A stretch of DNA of 64,000 nucleotides from contig OZ244070.1 in the NCBI GenBank assembly GCA_965215605.1, positions 2,112,001-2,176,000 on the forward strand, read 5' to 3'. The DNA is from an uncultured Candidatus Binatia bacterium. Lineage in GTDB: Bacteria; Desulfobacterota; Binatia; UBA9968; JAJDTQ01. The notes beneath the pieces are model-generated. The model did not search any database, was not told where the DNA came from, and was given only the letters and a program-made list of their open reading frames with translations. Both the position numbers and the translations under genes were made by a program. Shown here piece by piece: positions 18,621 through 29,971 of this stretch. Each line of letters starts with the position of its first letter. The first letter of the stretch is position 1.

Positions 18621-19103
18621 ATGAGCAAAAAAACCACGATCGAACTTCGAGTCAACGGTGTCAACCGGACCGCCGAGGTGCAGCCACGCCTGCTGCTGGT
18701 GCACTACCTCCGTGACGTTCTCGGCCTGACCGGGACACACATCGGCTGCGAGACGAGCCTGTGCGGCGCCTGCACGGTCATGGTGGACGGCGCGGCGGCG
18801 AAGTCCTGCACCCTGCTGGCGGTACAGGCCGACGGGTGCGAGGTCCAGACCATCGAGTCGCTCGCCACCGACGACGGGCTCCATCCGATACAGCAGGCCT
18901 TCTGGGACTGCCACGGCCTCCAGTGCGGCTTCTGCACACCCGGCATGATCATGGCTACGCGGCAGCTCCTCCAGGAGAAGCCGAGTCCCTCGGAGGAGGA
19001 GATCCGCCACGGCCTCGAAGGCAACATCTGCCGCTGCACCGGGTACAAGCATATCGTCGACGCGGTGCAGCAGGCGGCGGAACAAATGAAAGCTGGGACG
19101 TAG
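18621..19103 (+). CDS. coxS: Molybdenum hydroxylase small [2Fe-2S] subunit (CoxS-like)
   Basis: GCETSLCGACTV, LQCGFCTPG, NICRCTGY. Confidence 0.9.
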   Translation: MSKKTTIELRVNGVNRTAEVQPRLLLVHYLRDVLGLTGTHIGCETSLCGACTVMVDGAAAKSCTLLAVQADGCEVQTIESLATDDGLHPIQQAFWDCHGLQCGFCTPGMIMATRQLLQEKPSPSEEEIRHGLEGNICRCTGYKHIVDAVQQAAEQMKAGT

Positions 19104-19105
19104 CC

Positions 19106-21433
19106 ATGCCCGTAAGCAAGCTCGTTGGAACCAAGGTGAAGCGGCGGGAAGACCCGCGTCTGGTGCAGGGCCTCTCGCACTACGTGGACGATCTCCGGAT
19201 GGCGGACGTGCTGCAGGTGGCCATCCTGCGGAGCCCCCACGCCCACGCCCGCATCAACGGCATCGACAAGGACGCTGCCCAGGCGCTGCCCGGCGTCGTC
19301 AGCGTCGTGACCGGCGCAGACATCGGCGACAGCGTGGGCTCGGTGCCCTGCGCGGCCGCCAACCCGACGCTGCGCACGCCGCCGCACCCGGTGCTGGCCC
19401 AAGGCGAGGTGCGCTACGTGGGAGAGCCGGTGGCCGCGGTGGTGGCCGAGGACTCCTACACGGCGCGGGACGCCCTCGATCTCATCGAGGTGGACTACGA
19501 GCCGCTGCCGGCGGTGTCGGACCTGGAGAAGGCGCTCCAGCCGGGCTCGCCGCTCGTCCATTCCCAGTGGGACAGCAACCAGGCCTTCACCTTCGAGTGC
19601 GGCACCGGGGACATGGACAAGGCCCGCGCCGAGGCGGACGTCATCGTCAAGCAGAAGTTCATCCACCAGCGGCTCGCGCCGATTCCGGTAGAGACCCGCG
19701 GCGTGGTGGCGCGCTATTTTCCGGGCGAGGGCGAGTTGACCGTGTGGAGCTCGACCCAGATCCCGCATCTGCTCCGGGCCATGCTGGCGCTGGTGCTCGG
19801 GTTCCCGGAACACCGCCTCCGGGTCATCGCCCCGGAGGTGGGCGGCGGCTTCGGATGCAAGCTGAACGTCTACCGCGAGGAGGCTCTGCTGGCCCACCTT
19901 GCGATGAAGCTCAAGGCCACGGTGAAGTGGATCGAAGGGCGGCGCGAGAACATGCAGGCGACCATCCACGGACGCGGACAGGTGGGCACCGTGGAGGCGG
20001 CGGTGAAGAAGGACGGCACCATCCTGGGCGTCACCTACGACAGCCTGCTGGATACCGGCGCCTATCACCAGCTCCTGACGCCGGGAATGCCGCCGCTCAC
20101 CGGTTTGATGATCAGCGGTTCCTACAAGATACCGACCCTGAAGTTCACCTCCACCGGCGGCTTCACCAACAAGGTGGCCACCGACGCCTACCGCGGCGCC
20201 GGCAGGCCGGAAGCCACCCTGGTCATCGAGCGTACCATGGACCTGATCGCGCGGGAGCTGGACATGGACCCGGTGGAGTTGCGCCGCAAGAACTTCGCGC
20301 AGCCGGCCGACTTCCCGCTCTCGGTGGCCACCGGGCTCGCCTATGACAGCGGCAACTACCAGGCGGCGCTGGACAAGGCGCTGGAAATGGCGGGCTACCA
20401 AGACCTTCGCGCCCAACAGAAGCGGCTCAGGGAGGAAGGCCGCTACATGGGCATCGGCTTTTCCACCTACGTCGAGATCTGCGCCATGGGTCCTTCCGCG
20501 GCGCTGCCGGCGGGCGGTTGGGAAAGCGGCACCGTGCGCATGGACTTCACCGGCAAGGCCACCGTGCTGACCGGCGTTTCACCCCACGGCCAGGGCGAGG
20601 AGACCACCTTCGCCCAGATCGTTTCCGACGATCTCGGCGTTCCCATCGAGGACGTTGCGGTGCTGCACGGCGACACGGCCGTGGTGCCCAACGGCATCGG
20701 CACCTTCGGGAGCCGCGGCATCTCCGTGGGCGGCACCGCGGTGTACATGGCGACCCAGCAGGTCCGGGAGAAGGCCGAGGCCATCGCCGCCAACGTGCTG
20801 GAGTGCAGCGCCGATGACCTGGAGTTCGAGGACGGCAAGTTCTCGGTCAAGGGCGTGCCGGACAAGGGCATCACCATCCAGGAGGTCGCGTTGCAGGCCC
20901 ATGTGGCCACCAAGCTGCCCGCGGGCATGGAGCCGGGACTCCAGGCCACGTCGGTGTTCGAGCCGTCGAACTTCACGTTCCCCTTCGGCACGCACATCTG
21001 CGTGGTGGAAGTGGACACCCACAGCGGCGAGATCGAGATCAAGAAGTACGTGGCCGTGGACGACTGCGGCAAGGTCATCAACCCGATGATCGTGGACGGC
21101 CAGGTGCAGGGCGGCATCGCCCAGGGCCTGGGGCAGGCGCTCCTGGAAGAGGTGGTCTACGACGAAGACGGCCAGCTCGTCACCGGCAGCCTCATGGACT
21201 ACGCCGTCGCCCGGGCCGAAGACCTGCCGCCCCTGGAGTTCGCCCGCACGGAGACCCCGTCGCCGGTGAACCCGATGGGTGTCAAGGGAGTGGGCGAGGC
21301 CGGCACCATCGGCTCCACGCCCTCCATCGTCAACGCGGTGGTGGATGCGCTGGCCCCGTTCGGCGTCAAGCATATCGACATGCCGCTCAAGCCCGAGAAG
21401 ATCTGGCGCCTGTGCCAGGGCGGCACGAAGTAA
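19106..21433 (+). CDS. coxL: Molybdenum hydroxylase large subunit (form II CoxL-like)
   Basis: REDPRL, VGGGFGCK, active-site AYRGAGRPEA (form II), GTFGSR, GVKGVGEAG. Confidence 0.9.
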   Translation: MPVSKLVGTKVKRREDPRLVQGLSHYVDDLRMADVLQVAILRSPHAHARINGIDKDAAQALPGVVSVVTGADIGDSVGSVPCAAANPTLRTPPHPVLAQGEVRYVGEPVAAVVAEDSYTARDALDLIEVDYEPLPAVSDLEKALQPGSPLVHSQWDSNQAFTFECGTGDMDKARAEADVIVKQKFIHQRLAPIPVETRGVVARYFPGEGELTVWSSTQIPHLLRAMLALVLGFPEHRLRVIAPEVGGGFGCKLNVYREEALLAHLAMKLKATVKWIEGRRENMQATIHGRGQVGTVEAAVKKDGTILGVTYDSLLDTGAYHQLLTPGMPPLTGLMISGSYKIPTLKFTSTGGFTNKVATDAYRGAGRPEATLVIERTMDLIARELDMDPVELRRKNFAQPADFPLSVATGLAYDSGNYQAALDKALEMAGYQDLRAQQKRLREEGRYMGIGFSTYVEICAMGPSAALPAGGWESGTVRMDFTGKATVLTGVSPHGQGEETTFAQIVSDDLGVPIEDVAVLHGDTAVVPNGIGTFGSRGISVGGTAVYMATQQVREKAEAIAANVLECSADDLEFEDGKFSVKGVPDKGITIQEVALQAHVATKLPAGMEPGLQATSVFEPSNFTFPFGTHICVVEVDTHSGEIEIKKYVAVDDCGKVINPMIVDGQVQGGIAQGLGQALLEEVVYDEDGQLVTGSLMDYAVARAEDLPPLEFARTETPSPVNPMGVKGVGEAGTIGSTPSIVNAVVDALAPFGVKHIDMPLKPEKIWRLCQGGTK

Positions 21434-21471
21434 ACGGATAGCGACAGCCAGACAGATAGCGAGAGCCGATC

Positions 21472-22329
<858 letters not shown>

Positions 22330-22389
22330 TATCCGCAAGCGAGGCCGGCCGCCGGCCGGCCTCGTATCGACTCCAGCAAGGACGAAACC

Positions 22390-22806
22390 ATGCCCAAGGC
22401 GCTCAGCGGCCTGATGGGAATGCGCCACATCGCCCTCAACGTCAAGGACGTCGAGCGCTCCAAAGCCTTCTACCAGGACATCCTGGGCATGGAGGTCGTG
22501 TGGCAGCCCGACCCCCGGAACGCCTACCTCAGCTCCGGGACGGACAATCTCGCCCTCCACGAGACCCCCGGCCACCGGGCGCCCGCCGCCACCTCGTCCC
22601 TCGACCACCTGGGCTTCATCGTCGCCGACATCGACCGCGTCCAGGAACTGGAAGCCGAATTCCGCGCCCGACAGGTCACTATCATCAAACCCTTCAAGCG
22701 CCACCGCGACGGCAGCGCCTCCTTCTACTGCGCGGATCCCGACGGGGTGGTCATCCAAATGCTGTATGAGCCGACGTTGAGCCGGCAGAAGACCGGCGAC
22801 GGGTGA
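22390..22806 (+). CDS. VOC/glyoxalase family protein
   Basis: RHIALNVKDVERSKAFY, LDHLGF, DPDG. Confidence 0.85.
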   Translation: MPKALSGLMGMRHIALNVKDVERSKAFYQDILGMEVVWQPDPRNAYLSSGTDNLALHETPGHRAPAATSSLDHLGFIVADIDRVQELEAEFRARQVTIIKPFKRHRDGSASFYCADPDGVVIQMLYEPTLSRQKTGDG

Positions 22807-22857
22807 CTGAACGGGAGGACAGTATCCGGTATCAGCAAATCCCGTCGTTTTGGACGA

Positions 22858-24327
22858 TCAGGTCCAGGAGTGGCGCGTCCCATCCGCAAACCTCTCCACA
22901 ATCCTTTCCGCGGCTGTTTCGCCGCTGGCGATGCAGTCGGCGATACCCACGCCACGATAGCTCTTGCCGGCAAGTGCAAGGGTAGGGAACTGGTTCAATC
23001 GGGCCTCGATCCTTTCCACACGATCCAGGTGCCCGACGTTGTACTGGGGCATGCTGTCGGGGTAGCGGGTGGTGCGGCAGAGCATCGGCGCGCCGGATAT
23101 GCCGAGCAGCGCCTTCAAGTCTTCCCGGACCTGGGCTTCCAGGGCTTCGTCCGTCTGTTCGAGCAGGCCGGGCTGCAGGGCGCCGCCGGCGAAGCAGCGC
23201 AGCAGGGCGACGTCTTCAGGAGCCCGGCCGGCGTATTTCACGCTGCTGAAGGTGCAGGCCATGATCTTCCGGCCTTCCACGTACGGGACCACGAAGCCGT
23301 AGCCGTCGAGGGGATGGGCGATGTCGCCGCGACGGTAGGCCAGGTTGACGGTGGCGGTGGAGGAGAAGGGGATCGCCTTTAGTTCCTGGGTCAGCTCCGG
23401 ATCGAGTGTCTTCACGGCATCTCCCGTGGCGAACGCCGGCAGGGTGGAGATGACGGCGTCCGCCTCCAGGCGGGCGCCGCCGGTTTCCACTCGCCAGCGG
23501 CGGGTGCCGGCATTCCAGGACAAGTCCCGGACCGTCTCGCCAAGTCGCACGGTGCCGGGTCCCAGGGCCTCCTCGATGCGGCGCACGAGCACCTCCATGC
23601 CGCCGTCGATGCTGACGAACAGGCTCCAGCGCGCCCCGGTTTCGTCCGCGGCCTGGGCGCGGCGTTTCTGTGCCCGGCGGGTGCCGAGGATGACGCTGCC
23701 GTGGGTACGCTCCATTTCCGGGAACCGGGGCATGGTGGCGGCCAGGCTGAGGTGTTCCGGGTCCGAGGCGTAGATGCCGCCGATGAGAGGCTGTGCCACC
23801 CGTTCCAGCACTTCGCGGCCCAGCCGGCGGCGCACGAACGAGGCAAGGCTCTCGTCGTCGTCGTCCGACCGGCGGAGTACCAAAGGTTCCAGCCCCATGC
23901 GCAGCTTGCCGCCCCAGGAGAACACCGGACTCCGCAGCACCGAGCCGACGCGGGTGGGGGCCATCAGCAGGAATCCTTCGGGGAGCGGCGCCAGCGCGCC
24001 ACGGTGAACGGTGTAGAGCTTCAACCCGGCATGTTGCGGCGCGATGAGGCGGTCGGTCAGTCCCAGACGTTCGCAGAGGCGCAGCGCGGCGGGCTTGTCC
24101 GTGATGTATGAATCCGGGCCGAGTTCCAGGAGGAGATTCCCGGTATGCTCGGTGGCGATGACGCCTCCGAGGCGATCGGAGGCTTCCAGCAGCGTCACCC
24201 GCAGTTCGCCGTGCCCGGCGCGGCGCAGTTCCGTCAGCCGGTGGGCGGCGGCAAGACCCGAGATGCCGCCGCCGATGACGATGATGTGTTTGGTCGCTGC
24301 GGTCGCCACCGAGGCCTCAAGGGTCAT
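22858..24327 (-). CDS. hemG: Protoporphyrinogen/coproporphyrinogen oxidase (HemY type)
   Basis: IGGGISGLAAA, ELGPDS, GYGFVVP, MPQYNVGH, GVGIADC. Confidence 0.92.
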   Translation of the reverse strand: MTLEASVATAATKHIIVIGGGISGLAAAHRLTELRRAGHGELRVTLLEASDRLGGVIATEHTGNLLLELGPDSYITDKPAALRLCERLGLTDRLIAPQHAGLKLYTVHRGALAPLPEGFLLMAPTRVGSVLRSPVFSWGGKLRMGLEPLVLRRSDDDDESLASFVRRRLGREVLERVAQPLIGGIYASDPEHLSLAATMPRFPEMERTHGSVILGTRRAQKRRAQAADETGARWSLFVSIDGGMEVLVRRIEEALGPGTVRLGETVRDLSWNAGTRRWRVETGGARLEADAVISTLPAFATGDAVKTLDPELTQELKAIPFSSTATVNLAYRRGDIAHPLDGYGFVVPYVEGRKIMACTFSSVKYAGRAPEDVALLRCFAGGALQPGLLEQTDEALEAQVREDLKALLGISGAPMLCRTTRYPDSMPQYNVGHLDRVERIEARLNQFPTLALAGKSYRGVGIADCIASGETAAERIVERFADGTRHSWT

Positions 24328-24373
24328 ATCTTGGATTAATCAGACCAAAAGACTGATTTAACGCAGGTTTCGT

Positions 24374-25408
24374 TTATGTACTGAGCTCATGCACCGCGTC
24401 CACCATGGCCCTCACGTGGTCCACGGGGGTTTCCGGCAGGATGCCGTGGCCGAGGTTGAAAATGTGACCCGGCCGGCCTTCGGCGCGTTGCAGGATGTCC
24501 TGGACACGGCGGCGGATCTCGGCCGGGGGAGCGAACAGGGCCACGGGGTCGAGATTGCCCTGGATGGCGACGTCATGGCCCACGCGGCTCCAGGCTTCGT
24601 CCAGGTCCACGCGCCAGTCCACGCCCATCACGTCGCTGCCCGCCTCCCGCATGAGCTCCAGCAGGCCGCAGGTGCCGGTGCCGAAGTGGATGGTGGGGAC
24701 CCCTGGCGTGACTTCCGCCATCAGGCGGCGCATGTACGGCAGGACGTGCTGGCGGTAGTCTCCGGGCGCCAGGCAGCCCACCCAGCTATCGAATACCTGG
24801 AGCGCGTCGATGCCGGCCGCGATCTGCCCGTTGACGTAGGCGACCGTGGCCGTTACCAGCCGCTCCATGAGCGCGTTCCAGGCGCCGGGATCGTTGTGGA
24901 ACAGCCGCTTGGTGTGGATGTAGTTCCGCGAGGCGCCGCCTTCGATCAGATAGGAGGCCAGCGTGAAAGGGGCGCCGCAGAAACCGATCAACGGCACCCG
25001 TCCGGCCAGCGCCTCGCGGGTGCTGCGGACGGCCGCGTACACGTAGGACAGCGATTCTTCCGGCGCCGGATCGCGCAGCCCGTCGACGTCCCGGCCCGTT
25101 CGCACCGGCCGCTGAATCTTTGGCCCGCCCTCGGCGTATTCCAGCCCCACCCCCATGGGCTCCAGCAACAGCAGGATGTCGGCGAAGATAATGGCGGCGT
25201 CCACGTTGAGGCGTTCCACGGGCGTCACCGTCACCTCCGCCACGAGATCCGGGGTCTTGCACAGCTCCAGAAAGCCGACCCGGGCTCTCACGTCGCGGTA
25301 TTCCTTCATGTAACGCCCGGCCTGACGCATGAGCCACACCGGCGTGTAGGGGGTCTTGCCGCGGCGGCAGGCGGCGAGAAACGGGTGTGTGGCGGGAGTG
25401 TCGTTCAT
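24374..25408 (-). CDS. hemE: Uroporphyrinogen decarboxylase
   Basis: PVWLMRQAGRYM, AIIFADIL, GAPFTLASY, QGNLDP, HIFNLGHG. Confidence 0.96.
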   Translation of the reverse strand: MNDTPATHPFLAACRRGKTPYTPVWLMRQAGRYMKEYRDVRARVGFLELCKTPDLVAEVTVTPVERLNVDAAIIFADILLLLEPMGVGLEYAEGGPKIQRPVRTGRDVDGLRDPAPEESLSYVYAAVRSTREALAGRVPLIGFCGAPFTLASYLIEGGASRNYIHTKRLFHNDPGAWNALMERLVTATVAYVNGQIAAGIDALQVFDSWVGCLAPGDYRQHVLPYMRRLMAEVTPGVPTIHFGTGTCGLLELMREAGSDVMGVDWRVDLDEAWSRVGHDVAIQGNLDPVALFAPPAEIRRRVQDILQRAEGRPGHIFNLGHGILPETPVDHVRAMVDAVHELST

Positions 25409-25423
25409 CGCTTCTGACCGAGC

Positions 25424-26545
25424 TCAGTGCGGGCGGTTCTTTCCGGCCCCCAGCGTGACCGTGCCCTCGCCGTACTTGTGCCGCAGCCGGTCGATGCCCT
25501 TGTAGAGCTGGTCCATGGAGGCCCGTTCGCGGTAGTCGAAGATGGAGTCCTGCCACCCTTCCGTGATGATGCGGCCGGTGCTGACGCCGAGAAGGCGCAC
25601 GGCCCGGTCCGGCGCCAGGTTCTTCGCCAGCAGGTCTCGCGCCACCTTGAAGATGTCCACGTCGAAGCAGGTGGGGGCGCGCAGGGTGCGGGAGCGGGTG
25701 ATGGTCTTGAAGTCGGAGTAGCGGAGCTTGAGGGTGACGCGCCGGGCGCGGCCGCCCTGGCGGCGCAGCCTTGCAGCCACCTCTTCCACCAGCCCTCCAA
25801 GCACCCGCTCCATTTCCGCCGTGTCCGTGAGCGGCTGCGACAGCGTGGTCTCGCTGCCGATGGAATGCTCGTGGACGTGTCCGCTCTCCGCCGGACGATC
25901 CAGGTCCAGATAGCGCGGCCCCAGCCGGGGGTGGGCCAGAAGCTGGGCCACCGTGGCGATGCCGCGGTCCAGCAGCTCACGGTGCGTCTTGGGGCCGACG
26001 CCAGGGATGACCGAGACGTCGAGGGGCCCCACGAAACGCTCCTCCGAGCCCGGCGGCACGTACATCAGCCCCCGGGGCTTGACCTGGGTGGCGGCGATCT
26101 TGGCCAGGGTCGGGTGGGTGGCGAGTCCGCCGGACGACGGCAGCCCGATCTCCTGCCGGATTCGGCCGATGATCTCGTCGGCCGTGCGGATCGGATGGCC
26201 CATCAGCCGTTCCGTGCCGGTGAGGTTCACCAGCCCCTCGTCGATGGAAAAGGCCCGGACATCCGGAGAGAAGGAACGGAGCAGGTCGAATACCTTCCGC
26301 GAGAACTCGCTGTAGACTCCTCGCCGGCCTGGAACGAAGATCCCGTCGGGGCAGAGCCGTCGCGCCTGGAAACCGGGCATGGCGGACCGGACCCCGTACT
26401 GACGGGCCTCGTAGGACGCGGAGGTGACCACCCCCCGGCCGGATCCTCCCCCCACCATCACCGGCTTGCCCTCCAGGGAAGGATCGAGAACGCGCTCCAC
26501 GGACACGTAGAAAGAATCCATGTCGATGTGCAGGTAGAAGGCCAT
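25424..26545 (-). CDS. dinB: DNA polymerase IV (Y family)
   Basis: LHIDMDSFYVSVE, SASYEARQYGVRSAM, SIDE, LKLRYSDF. Confidence 0.93.
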   Translation of the reverse strand: MAFYLHIDMDSFYVSVERVLDPSLEGKPVMVGGGSGRGVVTSASYEARQYGVRSAMPGFQARRLCPDGIFVPGRRGVYSEFSRKVFDLLRSFSPDVRAFSIDEGLVNLTGTERLMGHPIRTADEIIGRIRQEIGLPSSGGLATHPTLAKIAATQVKPRGLMYVPPGSEERFVGPLDVSVIPGVGPKTHRELLDRGIATVAQLLAHPRLGPRYLDLDRPAESGHVHEHSIGSETTLSQPLTDTAEMERVLGGLVEEVAARLRRQGGRARRVTLKLRYSDFKTITRSRTLRAPTCFDVDIFKVARDLLAKNLAPDRAVRLLGVSTGRIITEGWQDSIFDYRERASMDQLYKGIDRLRHKYGEGTVTLGAGKNRPH

Positions 26546-26551
26546 GTGCCG

Positions 26552-26565
26552 TGTTCATGTTAACA
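26552..26565. promoter_or_regulatory. Candidate LexA/SOS operator in the divergent dinB-radA spacer
   Basis: TGTTC-ATGT-TAACA near-palindrome 6 bp upstream of the dinB start. Confidence 0.4.
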
Positions 26566-26657
26566 GTCTTGTCGCTCGGGAGTCCATCTCGGGTGTCCGG
26601 ATGGAGCGTGAGTGGCATTCTTCTTGCCGCCACCCTATGATGGACGAGGGGGTCAGC

Positions 26658-28019
26658 ATGGCGCGAGCAAGGGTGGTCTACGAGTGTCAGAACTGCGGGT
26701 TCCAGTCCCCCAAGTGGCTGGGGCGGTGCCCGGACTGCGGCCGGTGGGACTCGCTGGTGGAGGAATCGGTCACCGTCCAGGCCCACGCGGCCAGGGACGG
26801 AGACGCCGGTCCGCCGCGTCCGCCTACGCCCATCCACGCCGTCACCGCCGAGACCGACAGCCGCCTGCGCTCGGGCATCGAAGAGTTCGACCGGGTGCTG
26901 GGAGGGGGCCTGGTGGACGGCTCCGCGGTGCTCATCGGCGGCGACCCGGGCATCGGCAAGTCGACGTTGCTGCTCCAGGCAGTGGCGGCGCTGAGCCATG
27001 ACGGGCCGCCCTGCCTCTACGTTTCCGGCGAGGAGTCGGAACAACAGGTCAAGATGCGGGGCCGGCGCATCTCGCTCGCGTCCTCGAGCCTGCTGGTGCT
27101 GAGCGAGACGTCGCTGGAGCGTATCCTGGAGCAGGTCAAGGCGGTCAAGCCCGCGGTGCTGGTGGTGGATTCCATACAGACGGTGCACACCGCCGCCATC
27201 CCATCGGCGCCGGGCAGCATCGGACAGGTCCGGGAGTGTTCGAGCACGCTGATCTCCCTGGCCAAGAAGACCGGCATCGCCACCTTTCTCGTGGGTCACG
27301 TGACCAAGGACGGCGCCATCGCCGGCCCGCGGGTGCTGGAGCACATGGTGGACACGGTGCTCTACTTCGAGGGCGAGCGCGGCCACAGCTTCCGCATCCT
27401 GCGGGCGGTCAAGAACCGTTTCGGCTCCACCAACGAGATCGGCGTGTTCGAGATGCAGGAAGCCGGCCTGCGGGAGGTGTCCAACCCTTCCGAGATCTTT
27501 CTTTCCGAACGGCCCTTGGGCGGGTCGGGCTCGGTGGTGGTGCCCAGCATGGAGGGCACCCGTCCGATCCTGGTGGAGATCCAGTCGCTGGTGACCCGTT
27601 CCTACCTCAACCTGCCCCGGCGCACCTGCATCGGCGTCGACGCCAACCGCCTCGCGTTGATCCTGGCCATCCTGGAGAAGCGCAAGGGGATGAACTTTTT
27701 CGACAAGGACGTGTTCATCAACGTCGCGGGGGGTGTGGCCGTATCCGAGCCTGCCGTGGATCTGGGTCTCGCGGTGGGGGTGGTCTCCAGCGCCCTGGAC
27801 CGGCCGGTGGACCCCCACATGATCTTCGTCGGCGAGGTCGGTCTGGCTGGAGAGATCCGCACCGTGACCCGGGCCGAGGCGCGGGTGGCCGAGGCGGGCA
27901 AGCTCGGGTTCCGCAAGTGCGTCCTGCCCCAGGGCAACCGCCGGCAGCTCACGCACGTCGAGCACCCCGAACTGCTGGGCGTCGCCTCCCTCGAGGAGTG
28001 CTGGGAAATACTGTTCTAG
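26658..28019 (+). CDS. radA: DNA repair protein RadA/Sms
   Basis: CxxC-CxxC zinc finger, GDPGIGKST, KNRFG, GEVGLAGE. Confidence 0.96.
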   Translation: MARARVVYECQNCGFQSPKWLGRCPDCGRWDSLVEESVTVQAHAARDGDAGPPRPPTPIHAVTAETDSRLRSGIEEFDRVLGGGLVDGSAVLIGGDPGIGKSTLLLQAVAALSHDGPPCLYVSGEESEQQVKMRGRRISLASSSLLVLSETSLERILEQVKAVKPAVLVVDSIQTVHTAAIPSAPGSIGQVRECSSTLISLAKKTGIATFLVGHVTKDGAIAGPRVLEHMVDTVLYFEGERGHSFRILRAVKNRFGSTNEIGVFEMQEAGLREVSNPSEIFLSERPLGGSGSVVVPSMEGTRPILVEIQSLVTRSYLNLPRRTCIGVDANRLALILAILEKRKGMNFFDKDVFINVAGGVAVSEPAVDLGLAVGVVSSALDRPVDPHMIFVGEVGLAGEIRTVTRAEARVAEAGKLGFRKCVLPQGNRRQLTHVEHPELLGVASLEECWEILF

Positions 28020-28125
28020 TGTCCTGTCTGGTCAATTGGCATCATAGGCTTGCCTTTTCCTTTCGTCTTTGGTTCCTTCGATTCATGTGGCGGCAGGTCG
28101 AACGGAGACCGGCGGGAGGCTCGCA

Positions 28126-28677
28126 ATGACGACCCAGTCCAACTCTGCCCAATGTACCTATCAGGACTATCTCGAAACATCCGATGACGTCCGCTACGAG
28201 CTCATCGAGGGAGAGTTGCTGGTTATGGAGCCGGCACCCGCCACGTTGCACCAGAGAGTCGTGGTCAATCTTGCCGTTCTGCTGGCGCCGTTCGCCAGGG
28301 ACCAGGGCCTGGGTGAAGTGCTCATCGCCCCCACGGACGTTTACCTTTCCGACGCCAACGTGCTGCAGCCCGACCTCCTGTTCGTATCCGCGGCGCGGTC
28401 GTCGATCATCACCGAACGCGACGTCCACGGCGCGCCGGATCTGGTCATCGAAATCGCGTCGCCGGCCACCGCGCTACGCGACCGCAACGTCAAGATGGAG
28501 ATCTACGCCCGCCACGGCGTAGCCGAGTGCTGGCTGGTGGACCCCGCGGCCGCCACCATCGAGACCTTCCGATCGGAGGACGGCCGGACGGCTGCCACCG
28601 GCCGCTACGGCCGGACCGACACTTTCGCCACCCCCTTGCTGCCGGGCCTGACTATTGATCCGAGGGTGGTTTTCTGA
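28126..28677 (+). CDS. Uma2-family putative endonuclease
   Basis: YELIEG, HQR, QPDL, PDLVIEIASP, WLVDP. Confidence 0.88.
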   Translation: MTTQSNSAQCTYQDYLETSDDVRYELIEGELLVMEPAPATLHQRVVVNLAVLLAPFARDQGLGEVLIAPTDVYLSDANVLQPDLLFVSAARSSIITERDVHGAPDLVIEIASPATALRDRNVKMEIYARHGVAECWLVDPAAATIETFRSEDGRTAATGRYGRTDTFATPLLPGLTIDPRVVF

Positions 28678-28704
28678 GGGGTGGGTGCACGGTTTCACAC
28701 ACTG

Positions 28705-29712
28705 TCAGCCCAGGCTCGGCATCACCTTTTCGGAAAACAGACCCACCGACCGCAGTGCTTCGTCGAGGGCGATGTCGCCGAACGCGAACTGGCCGATGAT
28801 GTAGTTGGCGCCGGCCGTTTCGGTCTGTGAGCGCAGGAACCCCCGGACCGTGTCCGGACTGCCGGCGATCCCTTGGCCCGAGGCCAGCACCCCGTCGAAG
28901 TCCGGCGGACGTTGATGCCTCGGGGCGCTTCCCCTGAGCCGGAACAGGTGGTTGAAGCTCCGGTGCCAGACGGGATAGGCCCGGTGGGCGATGCGGAGAG
29001 CCGTTTCGTCGTCGTCGGCCACCACCACGAAACGGCCGAGGCCGATCCTGGGCAGCGCCGCCCCGCCGTTTCCGTGGACCTCCTGCCACACCTCCCGGAA
29101 GCGATCGGTGAAGGTCCGGGTGGGCGCCGCCGGGTCGAGGCTCACGATGTTGAGCCCCCGGCGGGCGGCCCGCTCGGCGCTCTCCGGAGAATGCACGCCG
29201 TACCAGAGCGGAGGGTGGGGCTTCTGCAACGGCTCCAGCTCCATGGGCACGTCGCTGAAGTTGAAGAACTCGCCCGCGAAGTCCAGGGTCTTCCGGGTCA
29301 GGCCTTGCAGGACGAGGTCGAGGCCTTCCGTGTAGATGCGTTGCGCCTCCTCCGGGTCCTGTCCGTACACAGCCAGTTCGATGGGGGAGGAGCCGCGGCC
29401 GAAGCCGATGTCCAGGCGCCCGCCGCTCATCTGGTCGAGCATGCAGATCTCTTCGATGAGCCGTAGCGGGTGGTAGAGCGGAAGGGCGTAGACCAGGGGT
29501 CCGAAACGAAGGCGCCGGGTGCGTTGCGCCACCGCGGCAAGGAACACGCTGGGGGAGGGCGCCATCCCCAGCGGCGTCGAGTGGTGCTCCGCCACGTGGT
29601 AAGCGTAGAACCCCTCCCGCTCGTACGCCTCGATCAGGGTCAGCCGCGCTTCGTAGTAGTCCCGCAACGGCAGGTCGCCGCGGTCCAGGTGATCGAATAT
29701 GCCGTAGTCCAT
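28705..29712 (-). CDS. LLM-class flavin-dependent oxidoreductase
   Basis: AEHHSTP, APSP, IEEICMLDQMSGGRL, PLQKPHPPLW. Confidence 0.9.
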   Translation of the reverse strand: MDYGIFDHLDRGDLPLRDYYEARLTLIEAYEREGFYAYHVAEHHSTPLGMAPSPSVFLAAVAQRTRRLRFGPLVYALPLYHPLRLIEEICMLDQMSGGRLDIGFGRGSSPIELAVYGQDPEEAQRIYTEGLDLVLQGLTRKTLDFAGEFFNFSDVPMELEPLQKPHPPLWYGVHSPESAERAARRGLNIVSLDPAAPTRTFTDRFREVWQEVHGNGGAALPRIGLGRFVVVADDDETALRIAHRAYPVWHRSFNHLFRLRGSAPRHQRPPDFDGVLASGQGIAGSPDTVRGFLRSQTETAGANYIIGQFAFGDIALDEALRSVGLFSEKVMPSLG

Positions 29713-29971
29713 GTGCCGTGGAGCTGAGCGCAAGGACTCGTCGGCCCAGGACCTTGCCGCAACCTTTCGGAACGGATCAGACGCTACGATACATCCGGGA
29801 GGCTGTCAATGCGCCGTTCCGTGTCGGCTCCCGGGGGCGGCGTCCTCCTGGACAGCACGGGGAAAGCGTGCGATAAGTGGGGGAGAGTTCACCCCCGGTT
29901 CCAGCTCCCGACAGCCAATCCCCTACAGCTCCTGTCAACGGGTCCCGCTGAGGCGGGCGGCAGGAACTACC

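Noticed and set aside
22340-22364. GC-rich hairpin after coxM (similar ones at 9841-9874 and 14361-14391)
   Set aside because: These look like ordinary terminator, mRNA-stabilising or REP-like stems, with no evidence of anything more.
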